A DNA stretch of 41,801 nucleotides from Polyangiales bacterium (GTDB lineage Bacteria > Myxococcota_A > Polyangia > Polyangiales > Houyiibacteriaceae). The stretch's first letter is position 1, and every line of letters starts with the position of its first letter. The notes below the pieces were generated by a model that was given only the letters and a program-made list of their open reading frames with translations, did not search any database and was not told where the DNA came from. Made by a program: the position numbers and the translations under genes. Below, in pieces: positions 16,838-26,627 of this stretch. Where the stretch lies: contig JBGCFM010000139.1 in the NCBI GenBank assembly GCA_045106895.1, positions 1-41,801 on the forward strand. Direction: 5' to 3'.

Positions 16838-19111
16838 ATGAAGCTCGCCCCTTTCTTGCTAGCCATAGCCCTCAGCGTTGCTTGCGAGAGCAGCCATGAC
16901 CCGGAACTGATGGACGCAGGACCTGACTCCCTCGCCCTCGACGCCGCGACCGTCGACGCCGGAGCAGGCACGTTTCCAGCTGCGCGCGCGCTCCAGACTC
17001 AAGGCAGCTGCGAACGAATCGCCGGCTACGAACTCGACTCTTCGGAAGAGCCCGCGTTGATCTGGTCGGAGGCCCACGCCTTCGTGCGGGCCTTCGGCGA
17101 CCACTCCAGCCCGTGGGCCATCGACGCCCACCTTGTGGCGGCGATCTCGGATGATCTACGCGACGGAGTTGTCACCGCCGCGCCGGCGGCCTTTGGTACC
17201 TACGCCGAGCTCGTGCCAGCCACGTGCTACGCGGGCGTCTGGGGGCTCCCGGACGCTGTCTACGAGACGACGAGTGAGGACATTCAATGGATGCGCCCTG
17301 GCGTCCCCGTGCGTGTCACCGGCGAAAACGTCATCCTCGACCTTCGTGACGTGCCCGAGGGGCCGTCCTTGGATGCCTTCCTCGCGAGCTTTGCGGAGGA
17401 AGCGCTAGGGAGCATCGGTAGCGTCGCCGCCCGCTACCGCTCCTTCTCAGGTCTGCCCGACGAAGGGTTCCTCGAGCAGCTCTCGCCAGGGGCCGTCTCG
17501 ACGTATCGAGGACGCGTCACGAACGGAATCTTGACGCCCATCGAAGGCTCAAATGACTCCGATGCCCGCATCGGCATTCTTCTCGGCGAGCGTGTCGCGC
17601 CTAGCGCCGCGCGCTTCGCCCTGGCGCTCCGCTTAGACGCTCGTGCCGCGATTCTTGGTGAGTCGTTGCCTGTGCACGTCGCCGAACGAATGGTCACTCC
17701 CGCCGCCGAAGGTGGACTCTTCACGCGCGTCTTCGAGCTCATCGGTGACGAGTCGCTTCCGGATGTCATCGACGCCGATATTGGCAGCGATGACCCGCGG
17801 ATTATCGAGGAGGCTTTCCTGGCCCTCGATATCACGAGCCTCGATGCTATCCGCGGAGAGTCTTCGCGCGGTGAATTTCGCGACATCGTTCAGACCAACC
17901 GTGTCATCGAAACAGACCGCGGCGAAGCGAGTCGCCAAGCTGCGCTCATCACTTTGCATGGCGTCACGCAGCGCTTCTTTCCCTACTGGGACGTTATCGA
18001 CAGTGACCCAGACCAACGACTCATGGAGGCCCTCGCCATCGAGGCACGTGAAGAAGTGGAGGAAGAGTATGGAGTCGAGCAGGAGGAGTATCTCCATCAC
18101 ATCCGCTCCCTTCGTTACCTCTCAAACGCCCTCATGGACAGCCATGTGAACCCCTTCTTCGCTGCCGGCGGAGCCCCCGCTCCGGACTTCGGCGACTTCG
18201 CCTCCTCCCGGCTCCCCATCGAACTAGACCACACCTCGGAAGGAATGCCCGTTGTGCGCTTCTCCGAGTCTCCGGACTTCCAAGTGGGAGACGTCATCGA
18301 GGCCATCGAGGGTCGCCCCGTCCTCGAGCTCATCAACTCGAGCCTGGAGTACTCCTCGTCGAGCGACTCCAGCCGCATGCGCAACGGCCTGAATACGATC
18401 ATGTGGATCAACTCTCCTCTCACGTATCAGCTCCGGTCCGCCGAAGGTACCGTGCGCGAAGTTGAGGTCACGCCCGTGCCCGATACGCCTTTCATCACCC
18501 GACCGAGCCGCGCCCGCGGCCCTCTCGACGATATTGGACACCCGGAGCTCTTCTACGTGGACCTCGCCGCCGACGCGACGGCCGGCATCAACTCGACTGC
18601 GCTGCACCGAGAACTGCGCTCCTACGAAGGCCTCGTCCTCGACATGCGCGGCTATCCCGGTCCGGGCAGCTGGGCTTTTATCGCGGGTCTCATGGACGAA
18701 GGGGGCCCTGGACCGCGCTTGCAGGAGGTGCTCCAAGGTCCTGAAACGATCCGTGTCCGGGATATTCCCCAGCCAACGGCCGCCGGCACGGGTTTCGACG
18801 GCCCCGTCATGATCCTCTCGGCGCCAACGACACAGTCTCAGGCGGAGCACCTGATCCTCACCCTCACCGCAGCGGAACGCGTCGAGGTCGTAGGTCGCCC
18901 CTCCGCCGGCGCCAACGGGACCATCACATCCGTCGCGCTTCCCGGCGGATTCGGCATCACCTTCACGGGTCTGATCATCCTGCAAAACGACGAATCCGTG
19001 TTTCATGGAGTGGGTGTGCCTGTAGACCACCCGGTGGAGATTCGACCCGAGGACCTCGCGGCGGGAATCGACCCGGAACTCCAACATGCGGCGGAGCTGT
19101 TGGCGCTCTAA
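16838..19111 (+). CDS. S41-family (C-terminal processing/tricorn-like) peptidase lipoprotein with a PDZ-like domain
   Basis: GGAG RBS and lipobox LSVAC. LMDSHV; PDZ-like QVGDVIEAIEGRPV; LVLDMRGYPG; catalytic TQSQAE; VVGRPSAGANG; GVPVDHPV; DPELQHA. Confidence 0.9.
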   Translation: MKLAPFLLAIALSVACESSHDPELMDAGPDSLALDAATVDAGAGTFPAARALQTQGSCERIAGYELDSSEEPALIWSEAHAFVRAFGDHSSPWAIDAHLVAAISDDLRDGVVTAAPAAFGTYAELVPATCYAGVWGLPDAVYETTSEDIQWMRPGVPVRVTGENVILDLRDVPEGPSLDAFLASFAEEALGSIGSVAARYRSFSGLPDEGFLEQLSPGAVSTYRGRVTNGILTPIEGSNDSDARIGILLGERVAPSAARFALALRLDARAAILGESLPVHVAERMVTPAAEGGLFTRVFELIGDESLPDVIDADIGSDDPRIIEEAFLALDITSLDAIRGESSRGEFRDIVQTNRVIETDRGEASRQAALITLHGVTQRFFPYWDVIDSDPDQRLMEALAIEAREEVEEEYGVEQEEYLHHIRSLRYLSNALMDSHVNPFFAAGGAPAPDFGDFASSRLPIELDHTSEGMPVVRFSESPDFQVGDVIEAIEGRPVLELINSSLEYSSSSDSSRMRNGLNTIMWINSPLTYQLRSAEGTVREVEVTPVPDTPFITRPSRARGPLDDIGHPELFYVDLAADATAGINSTALHRELRSYEGLVLDMRGYPGPGSWAFIAGLMDEGGPGPRLQEVLQGPETIRVRDIPQPTAAGTGFDGPVMILSAPTTQSQAEHLILTLTAAERVEVVGRPSAGANGTITSVALPGGFGITFTGLIILQNDESVFHGVGVPVDHPVEIRPEDLAAGIDPELQHAAELLAL

Positions 19112-19163
19112 CTAGGCACGACCTTGTCGAGGGTTCGCGCGCGGCTACACTTCCGCGAGCCCG

Positions 19164-19772
19164 ATGCCCACCAATGAGACTCAAGAGCATCGTTCGCAAA
19201 ACGCACAAGACGCAGAAGAGGCCATCCTGACGTTGCTTGAGAACAACGACGCCGCGGCGGCGATGTCCACGGCTCTGCGCGCGTACGGCGGCGAGATCCT
19301 GGGGTTCCTCTGCGCCACCATGCGAGACCCCAGCGACGCGGATGACGCCTATGCCGCAGGCTGCCATGATGCTTGGCGCGGCATCGAGACCTATCGCGCA
19401 CAGTCCACTTTTCGGGCGTGGCTCTACGGCGTCTTTCGTCACGCAGCCGCACGCTTCTATCGCGACTCGTTTCGTAAACGACGGGTCCCCTTCAGCCGCA
19501 CTCCGGCGTCCAGCCTCGTGGCAGGCGAACGCACAAAGACCCGCCCCTTTCTCAAGACAGACATTAAGAACGCGTTCCGTGAGCTGCGCCTGGAGCTGCC
19601 CCTGGTGGACCAAGAGCTCCTCGTGCTCCGTATCGACCGCGGACTGAGCTGGCCTGAAATCGCCGACATACTCGGCGACGAGGCGCCTTCGCCGGTCGCC
19701 CTCCGCAAGCGCTTCGAGCGCGTCAAAGAGAGAGTGCGAGTGCTCGCCCTCGAACGAGGCCTCCTGCAGTGA
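19164..19772 (+). CDS. ECF sigma-70 factor
   Basis: Region 2 YGGEILGFL...DADDAY...WRGIETYRAQSTFRAWLY. Region 4 LPLVDQELLVLRIDRGLSWPEIADIL. GTGA overlap with the kinase. Confidence 0.9.
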   Translation: MPTNETQEHRSQNAQDAEEAILTLLENNDAAAAMSTALRAYGGEILGFLCATMRDPSDADDAYAAGCHDAWRGIETYRAQSTFRAWLYGVFRHAAARFYRDSFRKRRVPFSRTPASSLVAGERTKTRPFLKTDIKNAFRELRLELPLVDQELLVLRIDRGLSWPEIADILGDEAPSPVALRKRFERVKERVRVLALERGLLQ

Positions 19773-22327
19773 GCTTCACCCTCGACGAGCTTCTCGCTGA
19801 AGTCGCGTCTGCTCCCTCCGTCACTCCTGCGGACCAAGACCCTCGCCTCGGCACCATGGTCGGCCCGTACAAAGTGCAGGAGCGAATCGGACGCGGCGGG
19901 ATGGGGACCGTCTACCTCGCACGAGACACGCGGCTGGAGCGTGACGTCGCGCTCAAGATGCTCCACGACGAGAGCCCCCTAGCCTGTCGCGAGCTGCTTC
20001 GTGAAGCCCGTCGAGCGGCGACGGTGTCGCACGCGTCCATCGCGCAGGTCTATGATGTCAACGAAGCGCCGCCACCCTACATCGCCATGGAGCTCGTCAA
20101 AGGCGACTCCCTCGAAGAACGCATCACAAAGAACCCTCCGGGGGCCGTGGAATCGCTGCGCATTCTCAGCGACACGACGGAAGCCATCGCGGCTCTTCAT
20201 GCCAAAGGAATCGTGCACCGAGACCTAACACCCCGGAACATTGCGCTCACGGAAGATGGGCGGCTCAAGATCTTGGACTTTGGAATCGCGATGCCCCTTG
20301 GGCGAGGCACGCAGACCGAGGCAGAGTCCGAGTCGATTCTCCATGCAGGCACCGAGCGCTACGTCGCGCCGGAACGCGCGAATGGCGAAGCACCCAGTGC
20401 CAAAGAAGACGTCTTCTCCATCGGCGTCCTCGCCTTGGACCTCTTCGCAAAGACCGCACCGCCTAAGGCCGTCGCGGCGTTGCTGGAACGCTGCCGCTCC
20501 CCAAGCGTCGCCGAGCGACCTTCGGACCTCGCCTTGATCGCCAAGGAGCTCCGCTCAGCCCAAGCGCCCGCCCCGAGACGTGCGACACCGCCGCTCGTGT
20601 TCATCGCCATCGCCGTGGCCGCCCTCGTGGCCTTTGTTTGGATGCGCCCGCAGCCAGCAGTCGAGGACGTGCGTCCCCCGGAACCTCCGCCAGAAACCAT
20701 CGCGACGGCCGACGCGGAGCTGGCGCGACTGACCTTCTACGCCGAAGACCAGTCTATCCTTGAGCTGTCCGGCAGCGGCACCACGTTCTTAGTGACCGAC
20801 ACGCGCGGCGTCTCACGCTTCGATGACAACAACGAGAGCGAGCGTTTCGCTTTGGCGCCAGGCTTCCGCCCCACTTCTGCACACGAAACCCGCAGCGGCG
20901 TATTGGTGCTCGGGACCTCCGGAGAAGAACGCAACGCCTACTACTATTCCGAGGGAGCGGCGACGCGGGTCCCCCTCGACACGAACATCGAAGGCCTCCG
21001 CGTCGCCCACGACGGTCAACGAGTCGCGCTACTTGAGCCGACTAGGATTCGCGTCGGCGTCCTCGACAGCGACCGCCAAACGCTCCTGCGCCCCGATAGC
21101 GTCGTGACCCTTCAAGTGGACGGAGCCTTCAGCGTAGATGCAGCTTCGTGGTCTCCGGACGACCAACGCCTCTTGATTCTAAACATGCAGGATGGGCGTG
21201 GCCGACTCGAAGAACTCGACGCCACCTCGGGCAAACGCCGGACCGTCTTCGAGTCGCCCGCCCTCCTCGGACGCTTAGCCACCTACGCGTTCACCTACGT
21301 CGATGACGACACCATCGCCTTCTCGATGCGAGAGCCGAACGACGCAAGTGTTGGGCTCTACACCTTGTCGCTGTCGCGGGCTGAAGAGCCTCACTTGGTT
21401 GCGCACATTCCGACTGCGATCCAGAGCCTGAGCTGGTGTTCGGAGCGCGCAGCGTTCCGCTTCATCGCGTATGAGGCGGACTACAAGATCTACCGTCAAG
21501 TCCTCGGTGAAGACGACGCCCTGCGAATGACCTTCAGCGATCATCAAGACTGGGTCACGGGCTTCTCTGCGGACGGAGAGGACATTCATTTCAGCCGGAT
21601 GACACCCTCGGGTTCTCGCGCCTTCTCCGTGCCACGTTCCTCTCCGAGCTCCGAGGTTCCGCTTTCGCTGGAGGCGACTGAGGAGCTCCCCTATCCAACG
21701 CGCGTCCTCGAGCAAGGTCACGACGGGTGGCTCGCCTTCGTTCCCCGCGCAGACGCTCAGCACGAGCTCCTTCGCGTCACGCCGGAGGCGACGCACTCCC
21801 TCGCCGAGGTCGAAGCCACACCCGGCCGCTGGCGCGCGCCCCCTTTCGGCGTCGAACTTCGGCGGAGCGGTGAACGAACCTTCTACGGAAGGAGCCACGG
21901 CAACGTCCTCGAGATCTTGGAGCTTGAAGGGACGGCTCTTCGAGAGCGCTTTCAGGTTGAGAACGTCTTCATCAATTGGTTCGTCTTCGCTGTCTCCGGC
22001 GACGCCGAACGTTTCGTCTTCCGCGACCTGAACGGACTCTTCCTGGCCAATGAGGAGGGCGTCGTCCTTCAGCGTATCGAAGCCGGCGACTTCGACGGCT
22101 TGCAGAGCGCGGACTTTCTCCCCGACGGCTCGCTCATCGTCGCCGCCGGTTCTGCGCGGCAGTTCAGCCTGCTCCACGTGAACGTCAGCACAGGCGAAAC
22201 AGTGCTCCTCGCGTCGTCCCATCACCGCTGGTTTGGCGGCGTGGCCGCCTCTCCCGTGCGCGATGAGTTTGCTTACACCTCGGTGGGCTGGGACACCGAC
22301 GTGTATGAGGTCGCGCTCTCGCGCTGA
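19769..22327 (+). CDS. Membrane Ser/Thr kinase with an extracytoplasmic TolB-like beta-propeller
   Basis: IGRGGMGTVY, VALK, HRDLTPRNI, DFGIA, YVAPE and DVFSIG. TM segment LVFIAIAVAALVAFVW. Propeller blades such as SWSPDDQRL, GFSADGEDI and DFLPDGSLI. Confidence 0.93.
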   Translation: MSFTLDELLAEVASAPSVTPADQDPRLGTMVGPYKVQERIGRGGMGTVYLARDTRLERDVALKMLHDESPLACRELLREARRAATVSHASIAQVYDVNEAPPPYIAMELVKGDSLEERITKNPPGAVESLRILSDTTEAIAALHAKGIVHRDLTPRNIALTEDGRLKILDFGIAMPLGRGTQTEAESESILHAGTERYVAPERANGEAPSAKEDVFSIGVLALDLFAKTAPPKAVAALLERCRSPSVAERPSDLALIAKELRSAQAPAPRRATPPLVFIAIAVAALVAFVWMRPQPAVEDVRPPEPPPETIATADAELARLTFYAEDQSILELSGSGTTFLVTDTRGVSRFDDNNESERFALAPGFRPTSAHETRSGVLVLGTSGEERNAYYYSEGAATRVPLDTNIEGLRVAHDGQRVALLEPTRIRVGVLDSDRQTLLRPDSVVTLQVDGAFSVDAASWSPDDQRLLILNMQDGRGRLEELDATSGKRRTVFESPALLGRLATYAFTYVDDDTIAFSMREPNDASVGLYTLSLSRAEEPHLVAHIPTAIQSLSWCSERAAFRFIAYEADYKIYRQVLGEDDALRMTFSDHQDWVTGFSADGEDIHFSRMTPSGSRAFSVPRSSPSSEVPLSLEATEELPYPTRVLEQGHDGWLAFVPRADAQHELLRVTPEATHSLAEVEATPGRWRAPPFGVELRRSGERTFYGRSHGNVLEILELEGTALRERFQVENVFINWFVFAVSGDAERFVFRDLNGLFLANEEGVVLQRIEAGDFDGLQSADFLPDGSLIVAAGSARQFSLLHVNVSTGETVLLASSHHRWFGGVAASPVRDEFAYTSVGWDTDVYEVALSR

Positions 22328-22339
22328 AACAGCAACTGC

Positions 22340-23449
22340 CTAGAGCCCGTAGAAGCGGAAATCGCGAACGACGGCCATGTGCTGCATCATGATCGCGTCA
22401 CTGTCATCCAGCCGCGCCGGCGCCAGCGCCTCGAGCGGAGTGAACACCCGCGTGTCGACGACGAGACCGGCAGGGAAGGAGTCACCACCGATCGCCACCG
22501 GCAGCTCACGCTGGTCCAGCGCGCGGCTCACGAGGATTCCATCTAGGACTCGGCTTCGCGGTGCGTTCGTGTTCGTGTTGCCATCTTGGTCGCGCGGCGG
22601 CGTGGGGGGAAGCTGCACGACGCCACGAAGACGTGTGAAGGCCCCGCCACCACCCGTGTTGAAGTCGCCACCGACGACGACGTGGTCACCGTCGGGGACG
22701 TTCATGTTGATGTGCGCGGCGAGGGCCTGCGACTCAGCTTCGCGGGCGGCTCCACTGCTGGTCAAAAGGTGAATGCTGATGGCCCAAAGGTCGGGGCGAC
22801 CCGGCACGTCGATGCGCGCCCAAGCGAACTCACGCGTGTCCGTCTCCGGGTCATCCCAGACGCCCGCGTCCACGATGGGGAAACGCGACACGACTCCGTT
22901 CGGGATGAGGTCGCCGGTGCCTCGGTAGGCCTCACATTCTTCGCCGCAGACCTGCCGGGCGAACGTGTTGAACGCCGCGTCCGTGTTGTTTCCGAAGAGC
23001 ATCTCTTGGACCAAGAACACGTCGCCATCGAGTCCATCCATGATGCGGATGCCATGGCCGGCGTCGTAGCTAGGAGCACCTGAGCCGCTCGTCAGGTTTG
23101 CCGCCACGATGCGAACCATGGACTCGGGGCAAAGAACGAGCCCCTGGCAGTCTTCATCATCGCAGTCGACGTCGCCGTCGCCATCGTTGTCGATGTCATC
23201 TTGGCAGGTCGTATCGTTGTCTTCCGGCGTAGTCGTCGCTGCGTCTGGAACGGACACATCGGCGCCGCTGTCCGGAACACTGCTGTCGGGAGTAGGACCC
23301 ACGTCCCCTCCGGCGTCTAAAGAGCCGACATCGGCGGCGCCTACGTCACTGGCGGCGTCCGCGCCTCCATCAAAATCGGACGGAGGCGAGCTGTCGTCGC
23401 CACAAGCAACAAGGAAGACACACGCAAAAACAAGTCGAGACAAGAACAT
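22340..23449 (-). CDS. Endonuclease/exonuclease/phosphatase (EEP) family lipoprotein with a Ca-binding-like Cys motif
   Basis: Lipobox FLVAC-GDD and CQDDIDNDGDGDVDCDDEDC. EEP motifs RIVAANL, DVFLVQE, VVSRFPI, SIHL, VVGGDFN and LDGILVS, with MQH in place of SDH. Confidence 0.88.
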   Translation of the reverse strand: MFLSRLVFACVFLVACGDDSSPPSDFDGGADAASDVGAADVGSLDAGGDVGPTPDSSVPDSGADVSVPDAATTTPEDNDTTCQDDIDNDGDGDVDCDDEDCQGLVLCPESMVRIVAANLTSGSGAPSYDAGHGIRIMDGLDGDVFLVQEMLFGNNTDAAFNTFARQVCGEECEAYRGTGDLIPNGVVSRFPIVDAGVWDDPETDTREFAWARIDVPGRPDLWAISIHLLTSSGAAREAESQALAAHINMNVPDGDHVVVGGDFNTGGGGAFTRLRGVVQLPPTPPRDQDGNTNTNAPRSRVLDGILVSRALDQRELPVAIGGDSFPAGLVVDTRVFTPLEALAPARLDDSDAIMMQHMAVVRDFRFYGL

Positions 23450-23515
23450 CCGCACATGGTGACGGGTTTCAGGGTAATTGCGCCAGCGCTTCTTTCCATG
23501 TCCTACGCGACGAGG

Positions 23516-24889
23516 CTACTGCTGAAGCGCGAAAACGAACGGATACTGGATGGTCACGCTGCCGCCTTGGGGCCCGGGGCTAAGACGAATGCCGCGCGCC
23601 ACTCGGGAAAGGCAGCTGGCGAGACGCGTGCTGCCCGTGAGGTTCTCGATGGCATGGGCACCTGTCACGGAGCCGCTCTCCTGCACCGTGAACTCGATGA
23701 CCACTTTTCCGGCCAGATCGGGGTGGGTATTGAGTTCCCGCTCGTAACAAGCTCGAATCGCCGACATGCGACGCCGCACCGTCGAGGCGACCCGGGTCAT
23801 GTCGAGTTCTCCATCACCGCGATCGTCGATGGGCGGCAGAGTTCGCGCGAAGGCTCGCGGACGAGTCTCTTCAATGGGTCCCGTTGTCACCTCTTCAGCG
23901 TCACTCGGAGTAATCTCCCCAATGCCCACTCCCGTCCCTGAACCGTGGAGTCCGCCGCTGCGATCCCGAAGCGTATCCGCACGGCGGCTGGCAAACTCGA
24001 CAGTGCTGACCGTCGCCAAGACCTCTCTCGCGTTTTGCGTCGGAGCGCCGTCGAGAAGTAGGTCGGTGACGGCGCTTGGGCCGTTCTCGCCGCCAAGTGA
24101 GCCAATCATGAGGTTGTGTGCACTCGCGAGGGCCATGTCACGGATGCGAGCATTGCGCGCGACGGTCTCTTGCTCTTGTGCAGCCGTCTGGCGGGGCGCC
24201 GAATCACGCCGCTCCCCACGTTGCGGCGTCACGGAATCCTGGGCGACGACATCCTCCGGCGTGACGTCTTCCGGTGCAGCCTCATCTAGTACGGGCTGCG
24301 GCATCTCCATCGGCGGCGGCGGCTCGTTGAACACCAAGCGTGCGGCGAGTTCCGGTACCAAGTAGGGCGCTTCCAGCTCCCAGTCTGCGTTCTCCAGGTA
24401 GATCACCAGCCCAAAGAAGCCCATGTAGCTGGCGAGCACAAAGCTCGTAAACACCCAGTCGATGGTCCGCCCAAAACCTCCACGAACGGCGACAGGAAGC
24501 TGGGCGCGCTCCCCCTGAGCGACCTCCGGAACAAATTGGAAGAGGATGACGGCGTCGCCGATCTCCAGTCGGCCGCGACTTCGATGGCCGAGCACCAGCT
24601 CACACTCTTCGCCCTCCAATACTCGAACATTGTCACCGTCGGACACGCGCCCCGTGAGCTCTCTCGGTACGCGCAGGGTGTATCCGCCGTCACGCGCCTG
24701 CACCAAGCGATAAGACGCGCCGAGGGCCGGGCTGTCGATGAGCAGCTCGTTCTTCTCCGAGGCACCGACACGCAGTGACTCGTTCGCCTTGAGGGTGCGT
24801 TCCTCAACGATACGCCCCTCTTGAACCAGTCCCACGCGGAGCACACGAGGTCGCTTGTCTTGTTGAACGGCGCTCATGGCGCGCGTCAT
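23516..24889 (-). CDS. AgmX/PglI C-terminal (TonB-C-like) domain protein, GltG-like architecture
   Basis: N-terminal beta/FHA-like region VLRVGLVQEGRIVEER...IGDAVILFQFV, then a TM and a Pro-rich linker. C-terminus IRACYERELNTHPDLAGKVVIEFTVQESGSV...LASCL...VTIQYPFVF. Confidence 0.88.
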   Translation of the reverse strand: MTRAMSAVQQDKRPRVLRVGLVQEGRIVEERTLKANESLRVGASEKNELLIDSPALGASYRLVQARDGGYTLRVPRELTGRVSDGDNVRVLEGEECELVLGHRSRGRLEIGDAVILFQFVPEVAQGERAQLPVAVRGGFGRTIDWVFTSFVLASYMGFFGLVIYLENADWELEAPYLVPELAARLVFNEPPPPMEMPQPVLDEAAPEDVTPEDVVAQDSVTPQRGERRDSAPRQTAAQEQETVARNARIRDMALASAHNLMIGSLGGENGPSAVTDLLLDGAPTQNAREVLATVSTVEFASRRADTLRDRSGGLHGSGTGVGIGEITPSDAEEVTTGPIEETRPRAFARTLPPIDDRGDGELDMTRVASTVRRRMSAIRACYERELNTHPDLAGKVVIEFTVQESGSVTGAHAIENLTGSTRLASCLSRVARGIRLSPGPQGGSVTIQYPFVFALQQ

Positions 24890-25009
24890 TGAACCCGGGT
24901 TTTGGCCCCGCGAAGGCTTCGTGGTCTGCATACAATTCACCGTCCCGTGTGCCGCCCTCAACTCCGAGAACGCACCTCACGCCACGCGACAGGCGCGGCT
25001 TAAAGGCGG

Positions 25010-25034
25010 GACGCCATCGGGTCTCGAAAGTTCC
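25010..25034 (-). promoter_or_regulatory. ECF-type promoter candidate GGAAC-N16-CGTC
   Basis: GGAAC (25034-25030), 16 nt, then CGTC (25013-25010), in the intergenic region upstream of the GltG-like gene. Confidence 0.55.
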
Positions 25035-25063
25035 CGACGTTCCAAAAAAAGTTTTCGGAAGCC

Positions 25064-25804
25064 TTAGAGCGCGGGGTCCGCTTCGCGACCGAACCAGATG
25101 TGGGCGAACGCGCCGGGTGTGATGGCGACACCCATCGCGCCCCAGGGTTGACTCCAAGCGCCACCATTGATGATCACATCGTGGTGACCTCCACTCGACT
25201 GCCACAAAGAAAGCGCGTGAGCGCCATCTCGTGCGCCGCCCGTCGAGATCTCGTAGCCGTTCCCTGGATAATCCGTGAGCTCTCGGGGTTTGTTCCACAT
25301 ACACGAGGCCTGAGAGTGGTCCGAGGTGTAGCAGCAGCCGCTCCACGACCCTTCGTCGGACCAGCTATGGAGGTTGCAGGCCCCCGAGTTCGCGCCGTGC
25401 GCGATGAGGTCTTCCACGTGCGTTCGGGCGACGAGGCTCAAGCTCGGCGAAAGCGGAAGCGCTGGTAAGCCTCGGGAGACGCGGTAGTCGTTGACCAAGG
25501 TAAAGAGCGCCATGTCGTCCGCGTCGACGCCGCTCGCAGCGTCGACGGGGGGTGGACCGGCATCCGTGGCCGGCGGGCCGCTGTCTATCGTCGCGCTCGT
25601 GTCGGCGCGGGCGTCCGGAAGCTCTCCCGAGCCGCCGCTGTCCGTCGGCGACCCGCCATCAAACCCGCCGAGCGCATCCCGCCCGGTGGAGCTGTCGACC
25701 AAAGTCACGCCACCGCCACCTTCGACCAGTTGCCCTGGCGCACAACCCGCGGCGCTCATCATCAGACCTACGCAGACGTAGAGGGTTGAGATGAAGCAGC
25801 GCAC
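25064..25804 (-). CDS. CAP/SCP domain lipoprotein
   Basis: Lipobox AAGC and a DAG tether. CAP motifs LVNDYRVSRGLPAL, VARTHVEDL, GYEI and WQSSGGHHDVI. Confidence 0.9.
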   Translation of the reverse strand: MRCFISTLYVCVGLMMSAAGCAPGQLVEGGGGVTLVDSSTGRDALGGFDGGSPTDSGGSGELPDARADTSATIDSGPPATDAGPPPVDAASGVDADDMALFTLVNDYRVSRGLPALPLSPSLSLVARTHVEDLIAHGANSGACNLHSWSDEGSWSGCCYTSDHSQASCMWNKPRELTDYPGNGYEISTGGARDGAHALSLWQSSGGHHDVIINGGAWSQPWGAMGVAITPGAFAHIWFGREADPAL

Positions 25805-25856
25805 GCTGGAAGTGTAACACGGTCCCGAAGGAGAAAACGCAGGTAGCTCGCTCGTG

Positions 25857-26450
25857 CTAGAGGAAGAGCATCAAGTGAGCGACGCATAGGATACCGCAGA
25901 CGACGGCGACGAAGCTGACCGCCGGTTTCACGCGACGGACGTTGTGCGGCTCACGGAGCGCGAGCGTTCGAATCGGCGTCGGCAACAAGATGCCGAGCGC
26001 CGTCAAGCACGCAAGGCCCGCCGGGACGAACGCGGACACCCCGAACGGAGCGTCGCCCTGAGAGCCCAACAGAAAGAAGCTCGCGTTCCACATGAGCACG
26101 CAGGCGATCAAGAACGGGATGCGAAACGGAAAAACGCGCACGGGCATGTCCGCGCTCGACGCCTTTGACTCAAAACCGGAAGCGTTGATCGCCGCGAAGA
26201 CGCGGCTCGGCGTGATGTGCCAAAAGATCACGCGCTCCGCGACATCTTCGCGAACGTGCACGATGCGAACGCCGGATGCGAGGACAGGAAACCAGCTTAC
26301 CTTCTCCACGCGCACGACATCCTCCGTTGCAAACGAGAATGTCCCGAGAGCCCCACTGAGCTTGAGGGTACGAGCGTCCACGCTCAGCCGCGCCAACGGC
26401 ATCGAAGCCCTGATCAAGCCCACCCTGCAGCCACCAACAAACGTCGTCAC
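25857..26450 (-). CDS. Hypothetical membrane protein (beta-rich N-terminus, three C-terminal TM helices)
   Basis: GTG start with an AGAAGGAG RBS. Three hydrophobic segments in the C-terminal half. Confidence 0.75.
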   Translation of the reverse strand: MTTFVGGCRVGLIRASMPLARLSVDARTLKLSGALGTFSFATEDVVRVEKVSWFPVLASGVRIVHVREDVAERVIFWHITPSRVFAAINASGFESKASSADMPVRVFPFRIPFLIACVLMWNASFFLLGSQGDAPFGVSAFVPAGLACLTALGILLPTPIRTLALREPHNVRRVKPAVSFVAVVCGILCVAHLMLFL

Positions 26451-26627
26451 GAGAACGCTCTCCTTCTAGGCCTCGTCGAGTCGAATCGAATCGCTCCGAG
26501 CCATCGAGGCAAGATGGACACCCTCCCGCGCGGCGCAAGATACGATCGTACAAGCGACATCCGATTTCGACGTCCGCTGCAAGTGCGGCGAGTCGGGCGG
26601 GAAATGTCCTGTGCTAAACTCACGCTC

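Noticed and set aside
23516..24889. Assigning the gene symbol gltG/pglI
   Set aside because: The architecture fits, but myxobacteria have many paralogs and the rest of the glt cluster is absent, so orthology cannot be shown.
26217..26627. N-terminal extension of the SGNH ORF, and similar extensions at 14111, 16715, 30188, 32019, 35817 and 36206
   Set aside because: Most overlap neighbouring real genes and all lack domain features. Downstream starts give proper signal peptides, RBSs or translational coupling.
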